Positions 9,817-19,464 of a DNA stretch of 64,000 bases are shown here, piece after piece (the stretch's first letter is position 1; each line of letters starts with the position of its first letter). The notes beneath the pieces are model-generated. The model had not been told where the DNA came from, searched no databases, and worked only from the letters and a program-made list of their open reading frames with translations. Location of the stretch: positions 13,785-77,784 of the forward strand of contig JACPLD010000005.1 of assembly GCA_016186765.1 (NCBI GenBank), written 5' to 3'. The position numbers and the translations under genes are program-made. The stretch comes from Candidatus Kaiserbacteria bacterium. GTDB lineage: Bacteria; Patescibacteriota; Minisyncoccia; Phycocordibacterales; UBA2100.

Positions 9817-10299
9817 CTAGAGTCGCACAAGCTCTCCAATGCGCACACCGCGCCTTTCGACGAAGCCTGCAGGGAGCTCTACTACGTATCTCGCCTCGCG
9901 TCTCGGAGCAAAGCTTGCAGGGTACGTTTCCGGTGCGACATATTCTTCGATATGCACAATCGCACCATCACGAGAAATCCACAAAATGTCAATGGGGAAT
10001 TCCATGTCTTTCATCCAGAAAGCGTAGCGCCCATCTTCATTGAAGATGAAGAGCATCCCCTCGTCTTCCGCGAGCCCCTTCCAACCGCTCAATCCCCTCT
10101 CACGCTCTTCCGGAGTATCCGCGACGGTAACTCTCACGACACGATCTGCAATCAAAATCGTCGATGACGCAGAAACATTTGAATCACTTGCCGAAAAATT
10201 GTCGGCTACAGGTGTGAACGGAAGGTCGGCGTAGATAAGCGAAATGAGAAACGCACACGCCGCGAGAATAAGCGCGATCGAAAGGGTTCGCCTCATCAC
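9817..10299 (-). CDS. DUF192 (COG1430) domain protein with an N-terminal signal/anchor
   Basis: The 160-aa product matches the DUF192 pattern in VADTPEERERGLSGWKGLAEDEGMLFIF...FWMKDMEFPIDILWI. Confidence 0.55.
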   Translation of the reverse strand: MMRRTLSIALILAACAFLISLIYADLPFTPVADNFSASDSNVSASSTILIADRVVRVTVADTPEERERGLSGWKGLAEDEGMLFIFNEDGRYAFWMKDMEFPIDILWISRDGAIVHIEEYVAPETYPASFAPRREARYVVELPAGFVERRGVRIGELVRL

Positions 10300-10308
10300 G
10301 CCATTAAA

Positions 10309-10713
10309 TCAAAATACGAGAACTATTGCCATTGCGATGAATGACACCAACCAATACAAAGCGTTGATTGCATAGAGTTTGAATGATCTCTGCTCCCAGA
10401 GAACCATACCGAGCATCGTGGGCGCAACGAAACCAGCCCAGCACCAAAAGCCAAGCTCGATCGCCCCGATCACATCAAAAACGCCCCACGCGATGCCGAA
10501 ATAATTCATCACATACGCCGCGAGCATGCTTGCGAGAAGCCCGAAGAACGCCATCAAGGGCATTTGCTTTTTCCCTTTCTCCACTTGCTCAGGAGAAAGA
10601 TTCGCGAGACGCATCCACATGCCGCCAAAGACGCGCGGGTGGTACCAAATGAATCCGATTACGACGGACGCGACACCTGCAAAGAGTATGGGAAGGAACG
10701 TGACTTCGAACAT
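10309..10713 (-). CDS. small polytopic membrane protein (DUF1761-like)
   Basis: The 134-aa product has four predicted TM helices. Confidence 0.45.
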   Translation of the reverse strand: MFEVTFLPILFAGVASVVIGFIWYHPRVFGGMWMRLANLSPEQVEKGKKQMPLMAFFGLLASMLAAYVMNYFGIAWGVFDVIGAIELGFWCWAGFVAPTMLGMVLWEQRSFKLYAINALYWLVSFIAMAIVLVF

Positions 10714-10781
10714 GTGTACATGGTAGCAGGGCGAATGTACGTGTCTATTCTGTCTTGTGCATAAGCTGAGTGGATCCTGCT

Positions 10782-10820
10782 ATACCCCATGAGATGAAAG
10801 AATCTATCTCACGGGGTATA
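10782..10820. promoter_or_regulatory. 14-bp inverted repeat (candidate operator) in a divergent promoter region
   Basis: The sequence ataccccatgagat-N10-atctcacggggtat has one mismatch. It lies between divergent genes 10309..10713 (-) and 10829..11773 (+). Confidence 0.3.
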
Positions 10821-10828
10821 CTTTCTCT

Positions 10829-11773
10829 ATGGCCGCGCCTCTTCGAAAACAAAGAACGCCTGCTTCATCGGAGCCGCAGTTCAAAATCCGGAGTGAAAAT
10901 AAGAAGCTCGATCTCGACGCGGCGAACAACAACGAAAGCAACGAGCAGTTCGAAGATGCATTCTTACGCGACTTCCCACGCTTTACCGCAAATCGCAGCG
11001 ACGTGCGCGCGCTCGCGGCAGTCCGGAGAAAATTCAAGCTCGGCCGCTATCACGATCTCAATATCTTCGTGCTTGCGCACGATCGCGATGTCTCAGCAGA
11101 GCGCGTCTTTGGGAGAGACGAAGAGAACAAGGTTGTCTTCTACAGTACAAGCAAGGCTATAAAAAGGGCGCTCGAAGCGCGCGGCCATGAGGCAAGGAAG
11201 GCAGATCTTGAACAGCATGCCGAAAGCGGACGCGCCGATATCTTCATCATGCTGGATCCGGAAATTTCTGTGACGAAGCGCCTACGCGCGAACATTGTCC
11301 CACGAGGCCTCGTCTTGTGCCGTCTTAAAAACGCAAACTCGCTGCGCGCCTACGGTTACTCATTCAGGGCCATCGTCGACATGAATGGCGGAACTCCCTC
11401 CTTGAGCCGCCACGACGACCCGACGTTCTGGAAGAGCGTCGAGGTCGACTCGGAGGGAGCTTTTCGAGAAGCTTCGAGCGAGCAGAACGAAGGCGTCGTC
11501 ACCTACGAACAGGCAAAGGAAAAGGTGCGAGAAGCAAGAGAGGCCGGCATTCCAGGAATGTCAGAGAACGATGTGTTTGAAAGTTACTCCACGCTCATCG
11601 AGATGGCTGAGGAGCAGAACCGGGGCGCTCTCGAGCGAGGAGAAACGATGCTTTCGTTAACGGCAAAAGTCGGAGAAAAAGAAGTCACAATTAGTGGCAT
11701 CAATGTCGTTCTTCCTACTAAAAAATCGGGGCACGACGACGACATTGTTGTGATGAGAAAGGGCCTGATGTAA
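10829..11773 (+). CDS. hypothetical protein (one of few plus-strand genes in this region)
   Basis: The 314-aa ORF has balanced, charged composition and no recognisable motif. Confidence 0.45.
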   Translation: MAAPLRKQRTPASSEPQFKIRSENKKLDLDAANNNESNEQFEDAFLRDFPRFTANRSDVRALAAVRRKFKLGRYHDLNIFVLAHDRDVSAERVFGRDEENKVVFYSTSKAIKRALEARGHEARKADLEQHAESGRADIFIMLDPEISVTKRLRANIVPRGLVLCRLKNANSLRAYGYSFRAIVDMNGGTPSLSRHDDPTFWKSVEVDSEGAFREASSEQNEGVVTYEQAKEKVREAREAGIPGMSENDVFESYSTLIEMAEEQNRGALERGETMLSLTAKVGEKEVTISGINVVLPTKKSGHDDDIVVMRKGLM

Positions 11774-11792
11774 TCTGGCGCTGCACTCAAAC

Positions 11793-11880
11793 TGGCGGAG
11801 GGTGAGAGATTCGAACTCTCGATGCCTTGCGGCATACCGCTTCTCCAAAGCGGCGCACTAGACCACTATGCGAACCCTCC
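11793..11880 (-). tRNA. tRNA-Ser (anticodon GGA), class II with long variable arm, CCA encoded
   Basis: The reverse complement GGAGGGTTCGCATAGTGGTCTAGTGCGCCGCTTTGGAGAAGCGGTATGCCGCAAGGCATCGAGAGTTCGAATCTCTCACCCTCCGCCA has acceptor GGAGGGT/ACCCTCC, anticodon loop TTGGAGA and T-loop GTTCGAATC. Confidence 0.85.
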
Positions 11881-11907
11881 CAACGCGCTCGTTATATCAC
11901 GTGGATG

Positions 11908-12819
11908 CTACACGCGCATTTGTGTAAGCGCTGCGATCCGCTCCTCTACTGGTGGATGTGTAGAGAAAATCTTAGCGATGAATCTTCCGCCTTGCGCACT
12001 TGCCCTGAGCGAAGTCGAGGGGCCAAACGGATTCGAAATGAATAGGTGCGCGGTGGCGTGGTTTGCCCTTCGAAGAGGCTCAGGGTAAAGCGCGATTTTG
12101 CGGAGTGCACTTGCGAGACCTTCGGGATAGCGCGTGAGAAGTGCGCCGGAAGCATCAGCGAGAAATTCTCGCCTGCGCGAAACCGCAAGCTGAATGAGCT
12201 GCGCCGCGATGGGTGCCACAATGATGGCAACGATGCCGGCAATCAGCAGGATAGGATTTCTGTTGTCGCGATCGCCGTGCCCAAAAAAGCTCATACGCAG
12301 GAAGATGTCGGAGACGATCGCGATGAATCCTGCGAGCACAACCGCGACTGTCATCACCAAGATGTCGCGATTGCCGACGTGTGAAAGCTCGTGCGCGAGC
12401 ACTCCCTCGAGCTCGCTACGCTCGAGTCGTGAGAGGAGCCCTGTCGTCACCGCAACGACTGCATGCTTTGGGTTGCGGCCTGCGGCAAACGCGTTGGGCG
12501 CGGGATCGTCGATCACGTAGAGTCGGGGCTTCGGCAGTCCTGCAGTAATCGCGAGGTTTTCGAGAATGCGATGCAACTCGAGATACTGCTTGGCGTCGGC
12601 TTCCTTCGCACCCGTCGCCGCGAGCGCGACCTTGTCGGAAAACCAGTACGCCGTGATGTTCATGAGAAGCGAGAACGCAACCGCGATGTAGAGAATCCCA
12701 GGATTGTTCACATACCACGCGATGAAGTAGCCGATCGCGATAACCACGACGAGAAAAACCGTCATGAGAAGCCACGTCCGGCGGATGTTTTTACCCTGCT
12801 GTGTGTAGAGCGACGACAT
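11908..12819 (-). CDS. htpX: zinc metalloprotease HtpX (peptidase M48)
   Basis: The 303-aa product has N-terminal TM helices, the HExxH motif in HELSHVGNRD, and the family's C-terminal region. Confidence 0.9.
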   Translation of the reverse strand: MSSLYTQQGKNIRRTWLLMTVFLVVVIAIGYFIAWYVNNPGILYIAVAFSLLMNITAYWFSDKVALAATGAKEADAKQYLELHRILENLAITAGLPKPRLYVIDDPAPNAFAAGRNPKHAVVAVTTGLLSRLERSELEGVLAHELSHVGNRDILVMTVAVVLAGFIAIVSDIFLRMSFFGHGDRDNRNPILLIAGIVAIIVAPIAAQLIQLAVSRRREFLADASGALLTRYPEGLASALRKIALYPEPLRRANHATAHLFISNPFGPSTSLRASAQGGRFIAKIFSTHPPVEERIAALTQMRV

Positions 12820-12825
12820 AGTACT

Positions 12826-13016
12826 TAGCCACTAGGGTATAGCCAATAGGGAAAAACCCACTAGGGTTTAGCCAATAGGGAGGAAATAAGCTTGTTCAGC
12901 ATGCGCATTGTTTCGTCAGTGAGTTGATACACTGCTTTTACCAACTGCACTCCTCTCTGCCAAACAACAAGATTTCGATATGTTTGCATTGCCCTATACC
13001 TTATTGGCTAGTGGCT
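12826..13016. promoter_or_regulatory. short repeat cluster between lemA and htpX: two direct copies plus one permuted/inverted copy of CACTAG-GGTATAG-CCAATAGGG
   Basis: R1 is ccactagggtatagccaataggga at 12828-12851 and R2 is ccactagggtttagccaataggga at 12858-12881, both immediately upstream of the htpX ATG. A third copy of the three sub-motifs on the other strand, in shuffled order (ccctatacc-ttattgg-ctagtgg), lies at 12991-13015. Confidence 0.4.
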
Positions 13017-13569
13017 AAAAGCTCACGCGAACTGGTTCGCGTGCAGCGCCCTCGCTTTCTCCGAGCTGAAAGAATTCGCGTGTCTTGAAGGCAAACATGT
13101 TGCCGATGATATTCGAGGGAAACATTTCGATCGCGTTCTGCAATTCCTGCACGACGGAGTTGTAGAAACGGCGCGCGGCCTGGATCTTGTTCTCGGTGTC
13201 GGAGAGCTCGCGCTGAAGTTCGATGAAGTTCTCATTCGCTTTCAGGTTCGGATAATTCTCTGCAACAGCGAACAACGTCTTGAGCGCTCCCGTGAGCATA
13301 TTTTCCGCAGCTGCATGCTCGGCAACCGTTTGCGCAGCAAGAGCTTTCGTGCGTGCATCCGTTACTTTTTGGAGCGTTCCAGCCTCATGCTGCATGTAGC
13401 CGCGAACCGTCCCAACAAGATTGGGAATGAGATCGTAGCGACGCTTGAGCTGCACGTCGATATCACTCCACGCTTCCTCGCAACGGTTTGTGAGCTGAAC
13501 GAGGCGATTGTATGCCCAGATCGCCCAAACGGCGACCACCCCGACCGCGCCCAAAAGAATCCACTCCAT
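13015..13569 (-). CDS. lemA: LemA family protein
   Basis: The 184-aa product has an N-terminal TM helix and the LemA signature YNRLVQLTNRCEEAWSDIDVQLKRRYDLIPNLV...RFYN. Confidence 0.85.
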   Translation of the reverse strand: MEWILLGAVGVVAVWAIWAYNRLVQLTNRCEEAWSDIDVQLKRRYDLIPNLVGTVRGYMQHEAGTLQKVTDARTKALAAQTVAEHAAAENMLTGALKTLFAVAENYPNLKANENFIELQRELSDTENKIQAARRFYNSVVQELQNAIEMFPSNIIGNMFAFKTREFFQLGESEGAAREPVRVSF

Positions 13570-13641
13570 ACTGCGAGATTATATCATTTCGCGCCCTTGC
13601 TGCGAAGGTCCACGGTCAAGGTAAGACCTTGACCACTTCTA

Positions 13642-16140
13642 CTAGCGGTGCGTCTGCTGCCACTTGATCAGAGCCGCTATGAGATTGACATTCTCCTGGA
13701 AAGTCCCCCTGTACCGCGTAACAGGAGGTGCATAGCCTTCACTCGCGAGGTAGTTGTACAGTTCGCGTCGCTCGGCAATCGACGGCAAGTTTCCTCCCCA
13801 CGCCTGATACGGACTAATAAGTTTGCTGACCTGAGGAACCGCAATCGGAAGTGGCGAGGACGAGGAGGGCAGAGGCACTTGCGGGCTTGGCGCAACGACA
13901 GTGGAGGGCGCCGGTTGTTGAGAAGCCACTCGCGTCGGATTCGGATCGGGCAAAGATGGAGGCGGCTCAAACCTTACTCCCCCAGTACCCCCTGCACTAA
14001 CACCTGCACCTACACGCGTAGTGTCCTGCGCAACAACAGGCTGAGAAGCGACCTCGACGCTACCACTAGCAGTCTGCGGCGGAGGCCCTGTAAGGACTGC
14101 AATTGCAGTGCGTACAGCTGCGGCGGCTGGAGCTGTAGGAAATTGAGGTCGTCCCGCCGCTGCGGCTTCTAGAACTCGTGGGGGTATTGCCGCCGTCACA
14201 TCTAGCACCGATGGTTGGGCACTTGCGACCGTCGCAACGGGCAGCTGGGAGGCTTCAACCATAGCTTGGATAGCGGAGGAATTAGATCTGTTCACTGGAG
14301 CTAACAAGTCCGCTACTTGCCCATAGGAGACCGGTGCATCCGATGCTCGAAACCCCGTAAGGCCATTCATTACATGCTCGATTGCGTCAGCATATTGGTC
14401 TGAATTGTTATATCTTCGGGCAGCCCAATACCGGATTTCCTCGCCAGTGGCATCAGGCCCTAATGAAGGCTGCCCTTTCCGTAATACCTTTCCCTCCCCA
14501 ATAGCCTTCGAATACTCCCCGAGTAAATTCCCGGCGGCTTCGATGTTCTCTGCAAGACTGTAGTTCTTAGGATCACCACCAGCCTCCTTGAGAGTACCAG
14601 CTTGGATCTGAAGCGGACCGTAATTTGTCTTTTCATTTCCCACGTCTGTGCTCGATGGTAAGCCTAGATCATAGTTACTTTCAATTATACTGCCGGCAAT
14701 AACTCGATCAGCGAGATGTTGGGGCGTCGGAAACGCTCGTCGGTCGACTTGGCCTGCTTGAAAAAGTGTTTCCGCGTGCGTCTCCGCGAGTAAACGAGCT
14801 CTTCCCGGACCAGCTTTCAACCAGTTGTCAGTTGGGTTGGGAAATAGCTGCCCGTATGTTCGTGATCCTGCTACCCCGTCGGCAGTTAACCCATTTGCCT
14901 GTTGGTAGGCCTGTAGGGCTGCTGCTGTCTTACTCCCGAATTGTTCGTCTATCGGGCCAGGGTCGAACCCTGCGTCGCTGAGTGCTTGCTGTAGCTTCGT
15001 AACGTCTGCACCGCTGCTGCCGACCCTAAGTGTCTGCGTTGGAGCAGCCGCTCCGCCCTCCGATGGATCAGGCATCCCATAACGGACTGCCATCTTCGTG
15101 TTCGTCAATTCATTCAGAGCACTGAGCGTTTGGGCTGGAAGACAGCCCGCACATGGCTGATAATCCCCAGGCGTGACCAAGTCTTTGAAAAGAGAACCGA
15201 GATCGACCTTGGAAGGATCAAATTTTTCGATCGCTTCTTGCATCGCATTTTGAAGGTTGAGATTTTCAAGCGATTTCATCGCAGCATCCACAGCATCCGT
15301 TGCCTTTTGGACAATTTCGCTTTTCTGGAATGTGCAGGCTACACCGCACGTGGGATCTTCTTCTGCCGCAACAGACGGCTCGCCAAATGTCTTCTCCGGC
15401 AACCCTATCCCCTCAGTCAGACCGAAGCCCGGCGGCAAATTCTTTGTTGGATCTGTTTCCTGCCGAAGTGACGCTGCCTCCTCCTTCAACCCTTCCAATT
15501 GCTCGTTTAGAGAACCCAGATCCACTCCCGTCCGACATTCCCCAGCACCGCAGTTCTGTTCTTTGAAGTTTTGCAGTAGCCTTATTTGCTCATCGAGCTC
15601 TTTTAGCCTTGTGTCCTTCTCCGATTCACTCGGCTCTATGCCTGTCTGCTCAGACCCAAAAGCTTCATTGAGCTGGCCTGCCTGAGAACCTTGGAGGGGA
15701 GTTGTCTGCGCCGGCTCCTTGGAAGCGCTTTCCAATTGTTTGGCAAGCTCCCCCGAATCCTTCGGATCTTTCACTTTAGACGGATCAAATGTCTTTTGCG
15801 TCGGCGCATCAAAGCATTTCGGGCTTTCCCCTACACCTTGTGGTGTGCAGTATGTTACTGCACAGTTACCAGGCTCTAATTTTTCATTGGGGTAGCAGTT
15901 GGCTGCAGTCTTCTCACCACCTCCCCTCACAATGCACGAGGCGCCGACTGGCTTGAAATAAAACGTGCCCTGCTCATCTTTTTTTTGCACGCACTTGATG
16001 CAGTCGTTTGTTACCACGCCTTCCATTGTTGCACTCTCCTTAAGGCACGGGTTCTCCTCGGCTGCGAAGACAATGAGCGGCAAGGAAATCGCAAAAACGA
16101 GTGCCAACGCAAAGGGAGCCACAGCTTTTGTGCTGTACAT
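13642..16140 (-). CDS. large secreted cell-wall protein: Cys-rich N-terminus, PG_binding_1 domain, SLT-like lytic transglycosylase domain, Pro-rich C-terminal region
   Basis: The 832-aa product has a signal peptide, a PG-binding motif (LRVGSSGADVTKLQQALSDAGFDPGPIDEQFGSKTAAALQAYQQANGL) and SLT-like motifs (IIESNYDL...NYGPLQIQ...YWAARRYN). Confidence 0.6.
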   Translation of the reverse strand: MYSTKAVAPFALALVFAISLPLIVFAAEENPCLKESATMEGVVTNDCIKCVQKKDEQGTFYFKPVGASCIVRGGGEKTAANCYPNEKLEPGNCAVTYCTPQGVGESPKCFDAPTQKTFDPSKVKDPKDSGELAKQLESASKEPAQTTPLQGSQAGQLNEAFGSEQTGIEPSESEKDTRLKELDEQIRLLQNFKEQNCGAGECRTGVDLGSLNEQLEGLKEEAASLRQETDPTKNLPPGFGLTEGIGLPEKTFGEPSVAAEEDPTCGVACTFQKSEIVQKATDAVDAAMKSLENLNLQNAMQEAIEKFDPSKVDLGSLFKDLVTPGDYQPCAGCLPAQTLSALNELTNTKMAVRYGMPDPSEGGAAAPTQTLRVGSSGADVTKLQQALSDAGFDPGPIDEQFGSKTAAALQAYQQANGLTADGVAGSRTYGQLFPNPTDNWLKAGPGRARLLAETHAETLFQAGQVDRRAFPTPQHLADRVIAGSIIESNYDLGLPSSTDVGNEKTNYGPLQIQAGTLKEAGGDPKNYSLAENIEAAGNLLGEYSKAIGEGKVLRKGQPSLGPDATGEEIRYWAARRYNNSDQYADAIEHVMNGLTGFRASDAPVSYGQVADLLAPVNRSNSSAIQAMVEASQLPVATVASAQPSVLDVTAAIPPRVLEAAAAGRPQFPTAPAAAAVRTAIAVLTGPPPQTASGSVEVASQPVVAQDTTRVGAGVSAGGTGGVRFEPPPSLPDPNPTRVASQQPAPSTVVAPSPQVPLPSSSSPLPIAVPQVSKLISPYQAWGGNLPSIAERRELYNYLASEGYAPPVTRYRGTFQENVNLIAALIKWQQTHR

Positions 16141-16289
16141 GCATCAAATAGTAACCTGTCGCGGCTCGAATTCAGCGGTGGCACTGTGGACTACCGCGCG
16201 CAAGCCTCACCTCGAACAAATTGCCGTGCTCGATCGGAGCCGAGATACCTGGAGCGAGATACAGATTTTCAGTCTTTTCCCCGCACAAA

Positions 16290-16398
16290 GCGAGCGGGCA
16301 TGAGCGTTTTTGGAGTCTTCGCGCAGGCCGACGGGCTTCAGCGGGAGCAATTTTTCAGCAGAAAAATATGCGACTCCAAAACGCTTACGCCCGCGAGT
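16290..16398. repeat. copy 3 of the structured palindromic intergenic repeat
   Basis: The core has a compensatory change in the inner hairpin (atttttc-agca-gaaaaat versus aattttc-agca-gaaaatt). The arms are gagcgtttttggagtc / gactccaaaacgctt. It lies between the groEL stop and the start of the large secreted protein. Confidence 0.8.
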
Positions 16399-16403
16399 GC
16401 CCC

Positions 16404-18059
16404 CTACATTTCATCCATCCCTCCGCCCATGCCCGCGCCGGGAGAGAGAGGCACTTTCTTTTCAGGAATTTCGGCAACGGCGGCCTCGGTCGTCAAAAGT
16501 ACGGCTGCGGCGGACGCCGAGTTCTCGACACAGCTGCGCGTCACCTTCACCGGATCGATGATGCCCGCCTCGTACATGTCGACGATTGCGCTCTCGTCCG
16601 ACTCGGCGAGCGCATTGAATCCAAATGCGCCTCCTTTCTTCACAACTTCCTTTAAAACAACCGCCGAATCCTGTCGGCCGGCATTTTCGGCAATCTGCAG
16701 CAAGGGCGCAGAGAGCGCCGTAAGAAGAATCCGGTAGCCCACTGTGTATTCGTCGTGCGCTTTCGAGTCTATCCTCTTTGAAAGTTTATCCGCAACGCGA
16801 GCAAGCGCGGCGCCTCCGCCAGGGACGATGCCTTCGGCAATTGCCGCTTTGGTTGCGTTCACGGCATCTTCTATCTTGTCTTTGAGATACTTCATTTCTG
16901 TTTCCGTCGGCGCGCCGACGCGGATCACCGCAACGCCGCCGGAGAGTTTGGCAATGCGCTCCTCGAGTTTCTCGCGATCGAACTTCGAATCTATGCTCTC
17001 CAGCTGCTTCCTGAGCGAAGAGACGCGCGCCTCGATGTCGGCCTTCTTCCCCTTCCCGCCGACGATCACGGTTGAATCTTTGGTGGCAACAACGCGGCTG
17101 GCCGCACCAAGCATCGAGAGCTCGGCATTTTCGAGTTTCGTGCCGAGATCTTCGGAGATCACATGGCCGCCCACCGTGATCGCGATGTCCTGCAGCATTT
17201 CTTTCTTGCGATCGCCGTAGCCCGGGGCTTTGACCGCAAGCACATTGAAGGTTCCTCGAAGTTTGTTCACCACGAATGTGGCGAGCGCCTCTCCTTCCAC
17301 GTCGTCCCCGATGATGACGAGATCTTTGTCGCCACCTTGCGCGACCTTCTCCAAGAGCGGAAGAATTTCCTTGATGGCAGAGATCTTTTTGTCGGTGATG
17401 AGAATGGTAGCGTCTTTGATCACGGCCTCCATCCGATCGGGATTCGTGATCATGTAAGCGGAAACGTAACCCTTGTCGAACTCCATGCCCTCCACGTATT
17501 CGTAATCGATGGCGGTTGTCTGCCCCTCCTCGACGGTGACGACGCCGTCTTTGCCAACCTTCTCAACGACTTCAGCAATTGTTTTTCCAAGCTCTTCAGA
17601 CTCTGCTGCGATCATGGCAACTTGCCGTATGTCGCTTTTGCCTTTGATGGGCTTTGCCATTTTCTTTAGCTCTTCGACAGCATCTTTCGCCGCCGCCTCG
17701 ATACCCCGGCGGACAAGCATCGCATTCGCTCCCAAGGCTGTACGCTTCAAGCCCTCGTGCACGATCGCTTGCGTGAGAACAACAGCCGTCGTCGTGCCGT
17801 CGCCCGCCTTGTCGTTCGTTTTGGTGGCAACTTCTTTCACGATGGAAGCGCCCATGTCCTCAAATTTGTCTTCGAGAGAGATCTCTTTTGCGATCGTGAC
17901 GCCATCGTTCGTGATGGTAGGACCGCCCCATGATTTGCCAAGCGCAACATTCCTTCCCTTGGGTCCAAGCGTCACTTTCACTGCGCCCGCGACGATATCC
18001 ACACCGCGCTTGAGAGCGCTTCTTACATCCTGATCAAAGATGACTTGTTTTCCGGCCAT
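16404..18059 (-). CDS. groL: chaperonin GroEL (60 kDa)
   Basis: The 551-aa product has the conserved AGDGTTTA motif and a GGM-rich C-terminus (GMGGGMDEM). Confidence 0.97.
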   Translation of the reverse strand: MAGKQVIFDQDVRSALKRGVDIVAGAVKVTLGPKGRNVALGKSWGGPTITNDGVTIAKEISLEDKFEDMGASIVKEVATKTNDKAGDGTTTAVVLTQAIVHEGLKRTALGANAMLVRRGIEAAAKDAVEELKKMAKPIKGKSDIRQVAMIAAESEELGKTIAEVVEKVGKDGVVTVEEGQTTAIDYEYVEGMEFDKGYVSAYMITNPDRMEAVIKDATILITDKKISAIKEILPLLEKVAQGGDKDLVIIGDDVEGEALATFVVNKLRGTFNVLAVKAPGYGDRKKEMLQDIAITVGGHVISEDLGTKLENAELSMLGAASRVVATKDSTVIVGGKGKKADIEARVSSLRKQLESIDSKFDREKLEERIAKLSGGVAVIRVGAPTETEMKYLKDKIEDAVNATKAAIAEGIVPGGGAALARVADKLSKRIDSKAHDEYTVGYRILLTALSAPLLQIAENAGRQDSAVVLKEVVKKGGAFGFNALAESDESAIVDMYEAGIIDPVKVTRSCVENSASAAAVLLTTEAAVAEIPEKKVPLSPGAGMGGGMDEM

Positions 18060-18101
18060 ACGAATTAGGTTCTAGGTATTAGGTGTTAGGTTCCAGTAAA
18101 T

Positions 18102-18422
18102 TCATTTAACGACGGCGAGAATGTTGGACTCGGAGATGATGTAGTACTCCTCGTCGCCTATCTTCACCTCGTCGTAGCCGTACTTCGAGAAGATAACGAT
18201 ATCGCCAGCCTTCACCGATACGGGAATGAGATCGCCTCCGTCACCGCGCTTTCCCGGACCAACCGCGATCACCTTCCCACGCTCGGGTTTTTCTTTCTGC
18301 GCAGTGTCGGGAATGATGATACCTCCCGGCGACTTTGTGTCCCCAACCTCCTCTGGCTTCACCAAGACCCGATCTCCAATCGGCATTACGCTAACCTTTG
18401 TTTTCTTTGATTCTTTTTTCAT
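18102..18422 (-). CDS. groS: co-chaperonin GroES
   Basis: The 106-aa product matches the GroES pattern (PIGDRVLVKPEE...GGIIIPD...GKVIAVGPG) and lies directly upstream of groEL. Confidence 0.95.
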   Translation of the reverse strand: MKKESKKTKVSVMPIGDRVLVKPEEVGDTKSPGGIIIPDTAQKEKPERGKVIAVGPGKRGDGGDLIPVSVKAGDIVIFSKYGYDEVKIGDEEYYIISESNILAVVK

Positions 18423-18483
18423 ATCAAAATGAATGCTTAATAAAAATTATTACGAGTTCGCGGAGGAACCGCTTCGAGTGCGT

Positions 18484-18513
18484 ACTATAAATGAAGGGGC
18501 TATTTTGGGTCAA
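18484..18513 (-). promoter_or_regulatory. candidate sigma70-like promoter of groES-groEL
   Basis: The minus-strand sequence TTGACC-N18-TATAGT lies about 60 nt upstream of the groES ATG. No CIRCE inverted repeat was found. Confidence 0.35.
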
Positions 18514-18570
18514 CTTGACTGGAAGCCGAAGGAATTATAGAATGTTGCCGGTAAAAAACCTTGCCGTCGA

Positions 18571-19068
18571 GTGGACGGTATATTTCGAGGAGGAACGATC
18601 ATGCTATCAGGGCCTGCCGCGCTTATGGCGGCACTCTTCTTTTTCGCAGTCACTGTAGCGTGGCTGTTTGTCCGCCAATATTACACGGCGGCAGTGATGA
18701 TGCTTGTGCCCCTGGCGTTTTCCGCACTGTGGCTCAGACCTGAGGAAGTGACGGAGTTGTGGCCGTACTTCGACCCGATCGTCACGGTGTTGTGTATCGC
18801 TCTGCTCGGCGTTCTTGCAGGAGTTATGCTGGTGAGGATACGGAATCTGGTCGTGAGATTCGTGCTGACATTCCTTTTCGGACTCGTCGGCACGTGGGTT
18901 CTCATGCTCGCAATTCATACCCTCCTCAGCCTTATGCTGAGCGGCGAGACATGGGATTCGGCTTTCGACAAGATCTTTCGCCTGCTCACTACAGCCTCAG
19001 AACTCGGCGTTATGACGCTCATCGCCGCGGTTATCGGCGGACTGCTGCTCGCGATACGCCGACACTAG
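18571..19068 (+). CDS. hypothetical polytopic membrane protein
   Basis: The 165-aa product has four or five hydrophobic helices and no recognisable motif. The start is uncertain. Confidence 0.4.
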   Translation: MDGIFRGGTIMLSGPAALMAALFFFAVTVAWLFVRQYYTAAVMMLVPLAFSALWLRPEEVTELWPYFDPIVTVLCIALLGVLAGVMLVRIRNLVVRFVLTFLFGLVGTWVLMLAIHTLLSLMLSGETWDSAFDKIFRLLTTASELGVMTLIAAVIGGLLLAIRRH

Positions 19069-19176
19069 CGCCGACCGAAGAGCCTCTCCTTCTTGGCGGC
19101 GGTCGCGTCTGACGCGACCGCCGCCCTTTCTTTTGACACGTTGACTTCCGCGACCACCTATGCTACATTAGCACCG

Positions 19177-19410
19177 ATGGTTTTTCTCCAAACCGCGCTG
19201 CCCTACGTGCAGATCGTGCTCTCTGTACTGCTTATCGGCGCGATCGTGCTGCAGCGCACCGGGGCATCTTTGGGAGGCGCCTTCGGAGCCGACAACTTCA
19301 GCTCCGGTTTCCACACGCGGCGTGGTTTGGAGAGGACTCTCTTCTATGCTACGATTGTTATCGCAATACTCTTCGTTTTGTCGGCAGTCTTTAATTTATT
19401 AGTAAGTTGA
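19177..19410 (+). CDS. secG: preprotein translocase subunit SecG
   Basis: The 77-aa product from the internal Met (MVFLQTALPYVQIVLSVLLIGAIVLQRTGASLGGAFGADNFSSGF...TLFYATIVIAILFVLSAVF) has the typical two-TM SecG pattern with a Gly-rich loop. The ORF-track N-terminal extension is unlikely to be real. Confidence 0.7.
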   Translation: MVFLQTALPYVQIVLSVLLIGAIVLQRTGASLGGAFGADNFSSGFHTRRGLERTLFYATIVIAILFVLSAVFNLLVS

Positions 19411-19464
19411 CGCTTTCGCGTACTCTCCGCTTCAGCGGAGAGTACGCAGCGCGCGTGACGCGCC

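Noticed and set aside
18423-18570. CIRCE (HrcA operator) upstream of groES
   Set aside because: No TTAGCACTC-N9-GAGTGCTAA inverted repeat is present. Only a sigma70-like -35/-10 pair was seen.
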